A stretch of 16,351 bases of DNA from Candidatus Krumholzibacteriia bacterium. Its GTDB lineage: Bacteria; Krumholzibacteriota; Krumholzibacteriia; LZORAL124-64-63. The position numbers were made by a program, and so were the translations under genes. Below, piece by piece: positions 1 through 8,196 of this stretch (positions are counted from its first letter, which is position 1; each line of letters begins with the position of its first letter). The stretch covers positions 1 to 16,351 of the forward strand of contig JAWOID010000125.1 in NCBI GenBank assembly GCA_046484865.1. Direction: 5' to 3'. The notes under the pieces were generated by a model that saw only the letters and a list, made by a program, of their open reading frames with translations, had not been told where the DNA came from and searched no databases.

Positions 1-1132
1 TCATGGCCACCATGGCGCGCGCGGACAGCTCGCGGCCGAGCGCCTTGCTCCAGAAGTCCTCCACCACGGTGGAGGTGGCGATGAGCAGCTGGCTGTCGGC
101 GGTCGACATCATCGCGGCAACGGCTCCGGCGATGAGGATGCCGGCGATCCACGCGGGGAAGAGCGCGCTGGCGAGCACCGGGAGCACGCGCTCGACGTCG
201 GCTCCGGCACCGGTGAGCTCGCCGGTGGGCACCGCGGCGTGGTGCACCAGCGTGATGCCCACCACGCCCACCAGCGCTGCGCCGCCGTAGGCCAGCAGCG
301 TCCAGACGATGGCCACGCGCCGTCCCACCCGCACCGACTCGGGCCGGTCGATGGCCATGAACTTGGTCACCAGGTGCGGCTGGCCCATGTAGTGGAAGCC
401 CCAGGACAGCCCGCCGACGACGACGGCCGCCGCCGCCCAGCCCTCGGTGCCGCCGGTCCAGGAGGCGAGGCCCTCGCGGGCGGCGAAGGCGGCGCTCACC
501 TCCAGCCCGTGGGTGGCGATGAAGACGAAGCCGATGATGGGCATCACGACCAGGGTGACCACCATCAGCACGGCCTGCACCACGTCGGTGTAGCAGACCG
601 CGATGAAGCCGCCCATCAGCGTGTAGACCACGACCACGGTGGCCGCCAGCGGCATCCCCAGCGACTCGTCGAGCCCGAACGTCACCTCCAGCACCTTGCC
701 CGCGCCGAGGAACTGCGCCGCCACGTAGAAGGCGAAGAAGAACGTGATGATCAGCATGCTGAGCACGCGCACCGTCTGGCCCTGGTCGCCGGAGAACCGG
801 TAGAAGTACTCGGGCAGCGTGATGGCGCCGTACTGCTCGCTCACCTCGCGCAGCTTGCGGGCGACCACGTACCAGTAGAAGATGATCCCCGAGACGCAGC
901 CGAGCACCGTCCAGTTCTCCAGCAGTCCCTTGGCGTAGAGCGCGCCGGAGAGCCCGAGGATCAGCCACGACGACTCGCCCGCGGTGCGTTCGGAGAAGGC
1001 GATCACCCAGGCGCCGAGTCGGCGGCCGCCAAGGATGAAATCCTCCTTGGTGCGGTTCTTCCCCCACGTCCACACCGCCACCGCGGCCATCATCGCGAGG
1101 TAGAGGACGAGTCCCAGCAGGGGCGTGTTCAT
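1..1132 (-). CDS. putP: Sodium/proline symporter-like transporter (SSS family), truncated by window edge
   Basis: Not in the ORF track. Manual translation from ATG at 1132 gives MNTPLLGLVLYLAMMAAVAVWTWGKNRTKEDFILGGRRLGAWVIAFSERTAGESSWLILGLSG...YTLMGGFIAVCYTDVVQA...GQPHLVTKFMAI...AAMMSTADSQLL. These are hallmark SSS/PutP motifs, and the frame stays open to the window start. Confidence 0.9.
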   Translation of the reverse strand, partial: MNTPLLGLVLYLAMMAAVAVWTWGKNRTKEDFILGGRRLGAWVIAFSERTAGESSWLILGLSGALYAKGLLENWTVLGCVSGIIFYWYVVARKLREVSEQYGAITLPEYFYRFSGDQGQTVRVLSMLIITFFFAFYVAAQFLGAGKVLEVTFGLDESLGMPLAATVVVVYTLMGGFIAVCYTDVVQAVLMVVTLVVMPIIGFVFIATHGLEVSAAFAAREGLASWTGGTEGWAAAAVVVGGLSWGFHYMGQPHLVTKFMAIDRPESVRVGRRVAIVWTLLAYGGAALVGVVGITLVHHAAVPTGELTGAGADVERVLPVLASALFPAWIAGILIAGAVAAMMSTADSQLLIATSTVVEDFWSKALGRELSARAMVAM

Positions 1133-1139
1133 CGTTGCA

Positions 1140-2513
1140 TCACCCCCGCAGTTGCAGGACCAGGAACACGACGCTGAACCCCGCCAGGTAGACGATTCCC
1201 GCCACCGCCAGCCAGCGCAGCCAGCGCGGCGGGCGGTCCGCGGCGGGCATGCGCCGCGAGCGCATCACCGCCACGTTGAGCGCCGCCACGAAGGGACCGG
1301 TGAGGAACGCCAGGATCGTCGCCACGTCCATGAGGGCGGTGAGTCCGCTCATGAAGAAGACGATGACCGCCAGTCCGCTGAGCATCAGCGCCGGCAGCAG
1401 CCAGCCGTAGAGGCGCCGGCCGGCGGTCACCGGCGCATCCAGCTCGTCGGGGCGGCGGCGCAGCAACGCCCAGCATCCCTCCAGCGTGCGCGTGTAGCCG
1501 TCGCAGACGGTCAGGGTGGTGGAGAACATCGTGATGAACGCCACCAGGGCGATGATCCAGCGGCTCCATTCGCCCAGGGCGGCGGTGTACATGCTCACGA
1601 GCTGGTTGCAGAAGGGGACCCCCGCGCCGGAGAGCGCCTCGCCGGTGCCGAACATCAGCAGGGCGCCGAAGGAGAGGAAGGCCAGCGCCAGCACGCCGGT
1701 GGTGACGTAGCCCACGTGGAAGTCCACCAGCGCCTCCCGCACGCTGGCGTGATGATGGGTGGTGCGCTCCTTCTCCAGCCTCCAGAGCGACGGCCAGACG
1801 GCCACGTCCACCGGCGTGGGCATCCAGCCCATCAGCGCGAGCAGGAAGGCGATGCCGGCGCCGGTCCACAGGGGCGGCCGCACGAACTGCGGATCGCCCG
1901 CCGGACCGTGGACGGCCGCCACCGACACCGCCACCAGCGTGAGCACCGCGAGCACCGCCACCATCGCCTTCATCACCACGTCCAGCGTGCGGTAGCGCCC
2001 CAGGCCGAGGATGGCGCCCACCACCAACAGCACGCCCGCGGACAGCCACTCCACCGGCCAGGTCAGCTGCAGCAGGGCGCCCGCCAGCCCGGCGGTGACC
2101 AGCGTCACGGCCGCCGTGGTGATGAACGATGAGACCATTACGATCACCGTGAACAGCGCCAGCGCCCACAGACCCAGCCGCCGATAGCCGTGCAGCAGGC
2201 TCTCGCCGGTGGCCGCGGTGTAGCGGTGGGAGAACTCGAAGAAGGGGTACTTGAACACCATGGCCAGGACCACCACCCAGACGAGCGCGAAGCCCCAGCC
2301 GGCTCCGGCCCGGGTGGACTGGACCAGGTGCGAGCCGCCGATGGCGGCGCCGGCGAAGAGGATGCCGGGACCGAGGGCCCGCAGCGCTCCGCCGCGGTCG
2401 CGCCGGCGGCCGCCGGCGGTGGGGGCCCCGGCGCCGGCACCGGTGCCCGCTCCGGCACCGTGGACGGGCGCCCCGGTCTTCCGGACGCCGGACGTCAGGT
2501 CTCTCGACGTCAA
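1140..2513 (-). CDS. Nramp-related (APC-fold) transporter, multi-TM
   Basis: LGPGILFAGAAIGGSHLVQSTRAGAGWGF...KYPFFEF...TGESLLHGY, ALMGWMPTP and MFSTTLT motifs, with about 11 hydrophobic segments. Start placed at TTG 2513, preceded by AGGAG; the ORF-track start at 2570 overlaps the upstream gene. Confidence 0.8.
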   Translation of the reverse strand: MTSRDLTSGVRKTGAPVHGAGAGTGAGAGAPTAGGRRRDRGGALRALGPGILFAGAAIGGSHLVQSTRAGAGWGFALVWVVVLAMVFKYPFFEFSHRYTAATGESLLHGYRRLGLWALALFTVIVMVSSFITTAAVTLVTAGLAGALLQLTWPVEWLSAGVLLVVGAILGLGRYRTLDVVMKAMVAVLAVLTLVAVSVAAVHGPAGDPQFVRPPLWTGAGIAFLLALMGWMPTPVDVAVWPSLWRLEKERTTHHHASVREALVDFHVGYVTTGVLALAFLSFGALLMFGTGEALSGAGVPFCNQLVSMYTAALGEWSRWIIALVAFITMFSTTLTVCDGYTRTLEGCWALLRRRPDELDAPVTAGRRLYGWLLPALMLSGLAVIVFFMSGLTALMDVATILAFLTGPFVAALNVAVMRSRRMPAADRPPRWLRWLAVAGIVYLAGFSVVFLVLQLRG

Positions 2514-2541
2514 GCTGCTTCTCCTGGGCTGCCGCCGCCGG

Positions 2542-2988
2542 TCAGGATGCCGGCCGGGTGGGCGGGACACCGGCGGCCGACGCCGCCTCCTGGGCGCGCT
2601 CGAATTGCCGGCGGACGGCTCCCTCCAGCGGCACGGCCTTGCCCTGGGCCAGGTCGAGGACCACGAAGGTCATCTCCGCATCGGCCACCAGCTCGCCGCC
2701 GTCGCGACGGTGGACGAACTGCTCCACGACACCGCTGCGGCCGCCCAGGTGCTTCAGCTGCGAGCTGACCGCGAGCACCTCGCCCAGCGCCGCCGGCCGC
2801 CGGTAGTTCACCGCGATGCGCACGGCCACGAAGCCGAGCCCCTGGTTCTGGAACGCCTGCACGTCGAGGTGCTGCTCGAGCCAGGCCCAGCGCGCTTCCT
2901 CGAAGAACTCCAGGTAGCGGGCATTGTTCACGTGACCGTAGAGGTCGAGGTGATAACCTCTTACTTTGATTTCCGTTACATGTGCCAC
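2542..2988 (-). CDS. Acyl-CoA thioesterase, YbgC/FadM hot-dog family
   Basis: IKVRGYHLDLYGHVNNARYLEFFEEARW closely resembles FadM/YbaW. GTG start with an AAGGAG RBS. Confidence 0.9.
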   Translation of the reverse strand: MAHVTEIKVRGYHLDLYGHVNNARYLEFFEEARWAWLEQHLDVQAFQNQGLGFVAVRIAVNYRRPAALGEVLAVSSQLKHLGGRSGVVEQFVHRRDGGELVADAEMTFVVLDLAQGKAVPLEGAVRRQFERAQEAASAAGVPPTRPAS

Positions 2989-3124
2989 GTCGCTCCTTGG
3001 GCGGGCCTGCGGCGGCCGATCCCGGCCCCGACGTCCGGCCGCCGTGCCGGAGGCCGCCCGCGGCGCCGTCGCGGGCCCGGCGCGCGGCGTCCCGCGGCGA
3101 GGCGACGCTCGGGCGAGTCGCCGC

Positions 3125-3655
3125 TCAGGCGAGGCGCGCGATCAGTTCCCGCTCGGCCGGGAACGCCGCGCGCAGGACCTCGGGTCTGGCCAGCGCGAAG
3201 TCCGCGAAGTCGAACCCCGGCGCCATCGAGCAGCCCACCAGCGCGTAACCGTCGTCGCCGGTGCCGTCGTCGGCGAGGGTGGCCCCGAACCAGCACCCGC
3301 CGGGCACCAGCACCTGCGGCGTCTGGCCGCGGTTGCCGTCGAGCCCGAGTTGCAGCTCCTCGTGACGCGCGAAGGAGGTGTCCGGTCCGGCCGGCCAGAA
3401 GAGGTGCAGGTGCAGGCCGCCGCCCGCGTGGTGGAACCACATCTCGTCGCCACGCAACCGGTGCAGCCGGCTGACCGCGTCCCCCGCCAGCAGGAAGAGG
3501 ATGGACGTGCCGAGCGCACGCGGGCCGTCGTAACCGGGCGGCAGCGCCGGCACCGGGATCTCCCACCCGCTCCGGTACGTCTCGCGGAACCACCCGCCCT
3601 CGGGGTGCGACTGCAGTCGTAGATCCTCGATGAGCTTCTGCGCCTCGGGGTGCAC
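3125..3655 (-). CDS. Cupin domain protein, DUF985/YML079W family
   Basis: HPEGGWFRETYRS, TSILFLL, SRLHRL..DEMWFHH, VPGGCWFGA and LVGCSMAPGFDFADF motifs. GTG start at 3655 with a GAGGAG RBS. Confidence 0.9.
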   Translation of the reverse strand: MHPEAQKLIEDLRLQSHPEGGWFRETYRSGWEIPVPALPPGYDGPRALGTSILFLLAGDAVSRLHRLRGDEMWFHHAGGGLHLHLFWPAGPDTSFARHEELQLGLDGNRGQTPQVLVPGGCWFGATLADDGTGDDGYALVGCSMAPGFDFADFALARPEVLRAAFPAERELIARLA

Positions 3656-3687
3656 GGGCTCTCCTCGCTTCCCGCCGGGACGGCGCC

Positions 3688-4911
3688 TCAGCGGTTGCCG
3701 CCCGCCATCCGGAGCGCCTCCGGCCTGGCGCGCAGCCGCAACATGCTCGTCGCTCCCAGCACCGGCCCGAGGGCGAGAACGGGAAAAACGTACCCCCACC
3801 CGCCCCACTGCACAAGCCAAGGAACGAGACGGATGCTCACCATCGTGAGCAGGAAGCCGACGCCCGTCTGGACGGTGAGCACGGTGCCGATGTAGCGCGG
3901 GTCCGCCAGCTCGCTCAGGGCGGCCGAGAACTGCGCGCTGTCCGCCACCACGCTCACTCCCCACACCAGCCCGATCACGGTCAGCAGCAGCGGCGAATCG
4001 AGCGCCAGGCCCGCGAGCAGGCAGCACGTGCCCGACACCGCCAGGGCACCGGCGGTCACGGCGGTGCGCCCGACGCGGTCGGCCAGGCGTCCCGCCCACA
4101 GCGAACCGGCCGCACCCACCGCCACCACGGCGAAGCCGGCCACCCGGCCCCACGCCGCGCTCGCGCCGGCCTCCTGGTAGCTGGCCAGCAGGAGCAGCGG
4201 CATCCAGGCCCACATGGCGTACAGCTCCCACATGTGGCCCAGGTAGCCGAGATTCACCAGGCGCAGGTCCGGCCGGCGCCAGAGGTCGGCCGCGTGGTTC
4301 CAGGCGAACGGCGCGCGCTGGTGGGCGAACGGTCCCTCGCGGATGGGGCCCAGGGCGAGCACGGCCGCCACTCCGCCCAGCAACGAGGTCTGCAGCAGGA
4401 CCGTGCGCCACGGCGGCAGACCCAGCACCACCCCCTCGCCGCCGGCCGCGTTGAGCAGGTGCGGGGCCGCCGCGCCCAGGGTGATGGCGCCGACCAGGAA
4501 GCCCACGCCGAAGCCGCGGTCGCGGTCGTACCAGGTCACCACGAGCTTCATGGCCGTCGGGTAGACGCCGGCGATCCCCACCCCGGTGAGCCCGCGCAGC
4601 ACCAGCACCAGCGCCAAGGGCGGCTCCAGCCAGACGATCGCCGCGTTCGCCAGCGCCGCCAGCGCCGCGCCGCCGGCGAGCACGTGTCGCGGATCGAAGC
4701 GGTCGGGGAGATTCAGCGCGCCGGTGACGATGGCCCCCACCGCGAAACCGAGCTGCACGGCGTTGGTGAGCCACGCCTCCTGGCCCGGCGTCAGCTGCCA
4801 GGTATCCCCGAGCTGCGGCACCACCGCCGAGGCCGAGAACCAGAGCGTCTTCGCGAACAGCCCGGCGAGCGCGATGAGCACCAGTTGCACGGCCCGGCTG
4901 CGTCCGTTCAC
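3688..4911 (-). CDS. MFS transporter (about 12 TM)
   Basis: LWFSASAV, AVQLGF, GVYPTAMK, GYLGHMWELYAMWAW, AGRLADRVGR (MFS motif A-like) and ADSAQFSA motifs. GTG start overlaps the upstream stop (GTGA, 4911-4908). Confidence 0.9.
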   Translation of the reverse strand: MNGRSRAVQLVLIALAGLFAKTLWFSASAVVPQLGDTWQLTPGQEAWLTNAVQLGFAVGAIVTGALNLPDRFDPRHVLAGGAALAALANAAIVWLEPPLALVLVLRGLTGVGIAGVYPTAMKLVVTWYDRDRGFGVGFLVGAITLGAAAPHLLNAAGGEGVVLGLPPWRTVLLQTSLLGGVAAVLALGPIREGPFAHQRAPFAWNHAADLWRRPDLRLVNLGYLGHMWELYAMWAWMPLLLLASYQEAGASAAWGRVAGFAVVAVGAAGSLWAGRLADRVGRTAVTAGALAVSGTCCLLAGLALDSPLLLTVIGLVWGVSVVADSAQFSAALSELADPRYIGTVLTVQTGVGFLLTMVSIRLVPWLVQWGGWGYVFPVLALGPVLGATSMLRLRARPEALRMAGGNR

Positions 4912-5888
4912 CTCGTCACCCACGGCAAGCGGTCGAGGTCCACGTTGCCGCCCGAGAGGATGAGACCGACGCGGTGGCCGGGCACCTCGGCGCGGCGCTC
5001 GATCAGCGCCGCGAGCACCACCGCGGCCGACGGCTCCACCACGATCTTCATGCGCTCCCAGATCAGGCGCATGGCATGCAGCACCGCGGGATCGCCGGCC
5101 GTCAGGATCGCGCGCACGTGCCGCTGGATGATGGCGAAGTTCAGCCGGCCCAGCGAGGTGAGCAGCCCGTCGCAGACGGTGCGCGGGTTCTCCGAGGGCA
5201 GGATGCGGCCGGCGGCCAGCGAGCGAGCGGCGTCGTCGGCGCCGGCGGGTTCGGCGGCGATCACGGCCAGTTGCGGCCGCAGCCCGGCGGCGACCACAGC
5301 CGTGCCGGCGAGGAGACCGCCGCCGCCCACGGGCGTCATCACCGCGTCCAGATCGGGCACGTCCTCCAGCAGTTCCAGCGCGGCGGTGCCCTGGCCGGCG
5401 ATGATCCGCGGATCGTCGTAGGGCGGCACGAAGTGGGCGCCGGTCTGCGCGACCACCCGCCGCAGCGATTCCTCGCGCGCCGCGAGGGTGGCGGCGCAGG
5501 TGTAGACGACCGCGCCGTAGCCCTCCACCGCCGCGCGCTTCACCGCCGGGGCGTTCTCCGGCATCACCACGTGGGCCGGGATGCCGCGCTCGCGCGCGGC
5601 CAGGGCCAGCGCCTGCGCGTGATTGCCGGACGAGTGCGTGGCCACGCCCTGCCGCGCCGTCTCGTCGTCCAGCATGAACACCGCATTGGTGGCGCCGCGC
5701 ATCTTGAACGCGCCCACCCGCTGCAGGTTCTCGCACTTGAAGAACAGCTCGGCGCCCGTGAGAGCGTTCAGGCTGCGGCTGGTGAGCACCGGCGTGCGGT
5801 GCACGTGCGGCGCGATGCGGACGGCGGCGGCGCGGACGTCCGCCAGCGTCGGCAGGTCGGGAAGCGTCCCGGGCGAGCGGTCGGTCAT
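4908..5888 (-). CDS. PLP-dependent serine racemase / serine-threonine dehydratase (fold type II, no ACT domain)
   Basis: FKCENLQRVGAFKMRGA (PLP lysine), THSSGNHAQA, PVGGGGL phosphate loop, AEPAGADD metal site and LSGGNVD. 326 aa, with a GGAGGAG RBS. Confidence 0.92.
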   Translation of the reverse strand: MTDRSPGTLPDLPTLADVRAAAVRIAPHVHRTPVLTSRSLNALTGAELFFKCENLQRVGAFKMRGATNAVFMLDDETARQGVATHSSGNHAQALALAARERGIPAHVVMPENAPAVKRAAVEGYGAVVYTCAATLAAREESLRRVVAQTGAHFVPPYDDPRIIAGQGTAALELLEDVPDLDAVMTPVGGGGLLAGTAVVAAGLRPQLAVIAAEPAGADDAARSLAAGRILPSENPRTVCDGLLTSLGRLNFAIIQRHVRAILTAGDPAVLHAMRLIWERMKIVVEPSAAVVLAALIERRAEVPGHRVGLILSGGNVDLDRLPWVTR

Positions 5889-5919
5889 CGTCTCCTCCGG
5901 CTGCGGGCGCGCGGCCCGC

Positions 5920-7074
5920 TCACGACAGCAGATCCGAGAGGGCGCCGGCGAGCACGCGGTAATCCTCGCGGCGGTTGTAGCCCTGGGCCGACAGACGCAG
6001 GAAGCGGTGCTCGCCCACGCGCGTCACCGGCACCTCCACGCGGTGCCGCGCGAGCAGCGCCGCCTGGAGCGCCTCCCCGTCGACCCCCGCCGGCAGCCGC
6101 AGGGCGAGCATCTGCCGGTGCCAGCGCGCGTCGTCCGGGCAGACCGCCTCCAGACCGCGATCCAGTTCCAGCAACTCGGCACGAGCCTCGCTCAGCAGCC
6201 GCCGGCAACGCTCGCGCACCTCCGGCCACCCGTGCTCGCGCTGGAACTCGATGGCCGCCGGCACGCTCAGGGCCGCGGCCGGATCGCGGGTGCCGGTCCA
6301 CTGCTGCTCGTCCACGAAGCGGCTGGCGCCGGGCGACTCGCTCTCCCAGCCCCAGCTCACCACCAGGGGTTCCACGAGCGGCTGGGCCTCCGGCCTGGCG
6401 TGCAGGAACGCGGCGCCCTTGGGCGCCATGAGCCACTTGTGCGCGTTCCCCGCGTAGAAATCGGCGCCCAGCGCCGAAAGGTCCAGATCCAGCTGCCCCG
6501 GTCCGTGCGCACCGTCGACGACGGTGATCAGGCCGGCGTTGCGCCCCCGGCGCACCAGTTCCGCCACCGGCAGCACGATGCCGGTGGGCGAGGTGACGTG
6601 GCTGACGAAGAGCACCCGCGTGCGTTCCGTCAACCCCGACCAGATCGCATCCGCCACCTCCGCGGGATCGCGCACCGGCAGCGGTAGTGGACGCCGCACC
6701 AGTCGAGCGTGCCGCCGCGCGCAGACGAAGCGCCAGGTGCGGTCCATCGCGCCGTACTCGTGGTCGCAGGTCAGCACCTCGTCGCCCGCTTCCAGGGGCA
6801 GCGACCGCGCGACCACGTTGAGAGCGGTGGTGGCGTTGGTGACGAAGACCAGATCGTCGGGTCGCGCGCCCACGTATCGCGCCAGGGCCGCGCGCGCCTC
6901 GTGCAGCAGGCCCGGCAGACGTCGCCCGAGGAACTCGACCGGCTGCGCCTCCAGCTCGCGCTGCCACCGCTGGTAGCGCTCGAAGACCGGACGCGGGCAG
7001 GCGCCGAACGAGCCGTGGTTCAGGAAGACCACGTCGTCGCGCAGGAGGAAGAGCGAGCGCAGGTCGTCGGGCAT
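5920..7074 (-). CDS. Aminotransferase class V PLP enzyme, isopenicillin-N epimerase (CefD)/Egt2/L-cysteine desulfhydrase-like
   Basis: FLNHGSFGACP, FVTNATT, HVTSPTG, VDGAH, GNAHKWL (PLP lysine), VVSWG and WTGTRD motifs. ATG at 7074 preceded by AAGGA. Confidence 0.88.
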   Translation of the reverse strand: MPDDLRSLFLLRDDVVFLNHGSFGACPRPVFERYQRWQRELEAQPVEFLGRRLPGLLHEARAALARYVGARPDDLVFVTNATTALNVVARSLPLEAGDEVLTCDHEYGAMDRTWRFVCARRHARLVRRPLPLPVRDPAEVADAIWSGLTERTRVLFVSHVTSPTGIVLPVAELVRRGRNAGLITVVDGAHGPGQLDLDLSALGADFYAGNAHKWLMAPKGAAFLHARPEAQPLVEPLVVSWGWESESPGASRFVDEQQWTGTRDPAAALSVPAAIEFQREHGWPEVRERCRRLLSEARAELLELDRGLEAVCPDDARWHRQMLALRLPAGVDGEALQAALLARHRVEVPVTRVGEHRFLRLSAQGYNRREDYRVLAGALSDLLS

Positions 7075-7141
7075 CGCATGGTCCTTCGGCAGGCGCGTCC
7101 GGATCGCCATCGACGTTGATCGCGCCGGGGCCGGCGGCACC

Positions 7142-7202
7142 GGGCCGGTCGCGCCGGCGCCGATCGCGCCGGTGCCGGGGCCGGTCGCGCCGGCGCCGAT
7201 CG
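7142..7202. repeat. 25-bp direct repeat (two exact copies, period 36) within a degenerate GC-rich array
   Basis: gggccggtcgcgccggcgccgatcg at 7142-7166 and 7178-7202. Confidence 0.85.
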
Positions 7203-7214
7203 AGGGCCCGCCGC

Positions 7215-7243
7215 TTGTGGACGTTCGCCGGGCTGTCTATCTT
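7215..7243 (+). promoter_or_regulatory. Putative sigma70 promoter for the Mpv17-like gene
   Basis: TTGTGG-17 nt-TATCTT in a divergent intergenic region. Confidence 0.4.
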
Positions 7244-7312
7244 CGCCGCGGCGCCGCGGTTCACGGCGCCCGGACACGAGCACGGCGGTCGTCGTCCGCC
7301 CTCGCCTCGAGT

Positions 7313-7383
7313 CCGCCGTCATTCCGCCGTGACTCCGCCGCCATGGCGCCGCATTGCGCCGCATGGCGCCGCATGGCGCCGCT
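7313..7383. repeat. Degenerate 11-bp to 10-bp tandem repeat array
   Basis: tccgccgtcat/tccgccgtgac/tccgccgccat/ggcgccgcat/tgcgccgcat/ggcgccgcat/ggcgccgct immediately upstream of the RBS. Confidence 0.75.
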
Positions 7384-7400
7384 AGCCGAACCGGGAGACC

Positions 7401-7982
7401 ATGATCGCCTACGCCGAGTGGGTCAATGCCCATCCCCTGCTCTCGGCGGCCGTGCAGTTCGCCATTCTCGGGACCCTGGGCGAGGTGATCTCCGCCTCGG
7501 TCCGGGCCCGCCGACCGGCCCTGCCGTGCGGGATCGGACAACTGGCGGCCAAGGTGGCGGCGTGGGCGCTGCTGGGCCTGGTGATCAAGGCCGGCTTCAC
7601 CGGCATGAAAGGGTTCACCCGGGCGCTCATCGAACACGGTTTCCTGCCGGCGCGGGCGGCGTCCGGCCTCGGCTGGGCCGTGAGCGTCAGCGTGCTGACG
7701 AACCTCTTCTTCGGCCCGCAGATGATGGCCTTCCACCGTCTCGAGGACAACCTCATCCTGCGCCGGCGCGGGTTCGCGGGCATCGAGCGCGCCTGGTGGA
7801 CGCTGGTCTGGTTCTGGATCCCCGCCCACACCCTCACGTTCAGCCTGCCGCCGGAGTACCAGATCGGGCTCGCCGCGCTCTGGGGCCTGGTGCTCGGGAT
7901 CATCCTCGGCCTGACCACCCCGCCCACGCCGCGACCGTCAACCGTCGTGGACACCCGCCGCCGCGACGTCGCCGCGCGCTGA
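7401..7982 (+). CDS. Mpv17/PMP22-like integral membrane protein
   Basis: Hydrophobic helices with QFAILGTLGEVIS near the N-terminus and FWIPAHTLTFSLPPEYQI near the C-terminus (Mpv17-type W-P...F...P pattern). GGGAG RBS. Confidence 0.72.
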   Translation: MIAYAEWVNAHPLLSAAVQFAILGTLGEVISASVRARRPALPCGIGQLAAKVAAWALLGLVIKAGFTGMKGFTRALIEHGFLPARAASGLGWAVSVSVLTNLFFGPQMMAFHRLEDNLILRRRGFAGIERAWWTLVWFWIPAHTLTFSLPPEYQIGLAALWGLVLGIILGLTTPPTPRPSTVVDTRRRDVAAR

Positions 7983-7984
7983 CG

Positions 7985-8035
7985 CCCGGCTCGCGGTCGC
8001 GCCCGCCCCGGCTCGCGGTCGCGCCCGCCCCGGCT
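7985..8035. repeat. 22-bp perfect tandem repeat, 2.3 copies
   Basis: cccggctcgcggtcgcgcccgc at 7985-8006 and 8007-8028, plus partial cccggct. Confidence 0.9.
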
Positions 8036-8112
8036 GCCAGGACGCGCCGCCGCCCCCGATCCGGCGGCGCCGATTCCCCGCGGAGAACGCATCTCGATCG
8101 AGGGCGCGATGG

Positions 8113-8121
8113 TGGTATACT
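8113..8121 (+). promoter_or_regulatory. Putative extended -10 promoter
   Basis: TGgTATACT (TGn + 5/6 match to TATAAT) in very GC-rich intergenic DNA, about 75 nt upstream of the GTG at 8197. Confidence 0.55.
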
Positions 8122-8196
8122 CCGCCATGGTCGCCGCGGCCGGTGCCGCCGCGCTCCAGCGCTCGCGCCGGTCCGGTTCCTCGCGGAGGTTCCGCA

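Noticed and set aside
239..2132. Long plus-strand ORFs here (also 4234-5421, 8358-9995, 11210-12910, 14525-15928)
   Set aside because: They are antisense shadows of well-supported minus-strand genes, with no motifs and biased composition.
2989..3124. GC-rich hairpins as a riboswitch or terminator
   Set aside because: Such stems are expected at this GC content; there is no recognisable aptamer or U-tract.
3688..5736. 682-aa ORF suggesting an N-terminally extended or fused MFS transporter
   Set aside because: The extension is an Arg/Gly-rich off-frame read of the racemase gene. The real start is GTG 4911, coupled to the upstream stop.
5920..7074. Cephalosporin or ergothioneine biosynthetic cluster
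   Set aside because: No ACV synthetase, IPN synthase, egtB or egtD is present in the window; only a family-level resemblance.
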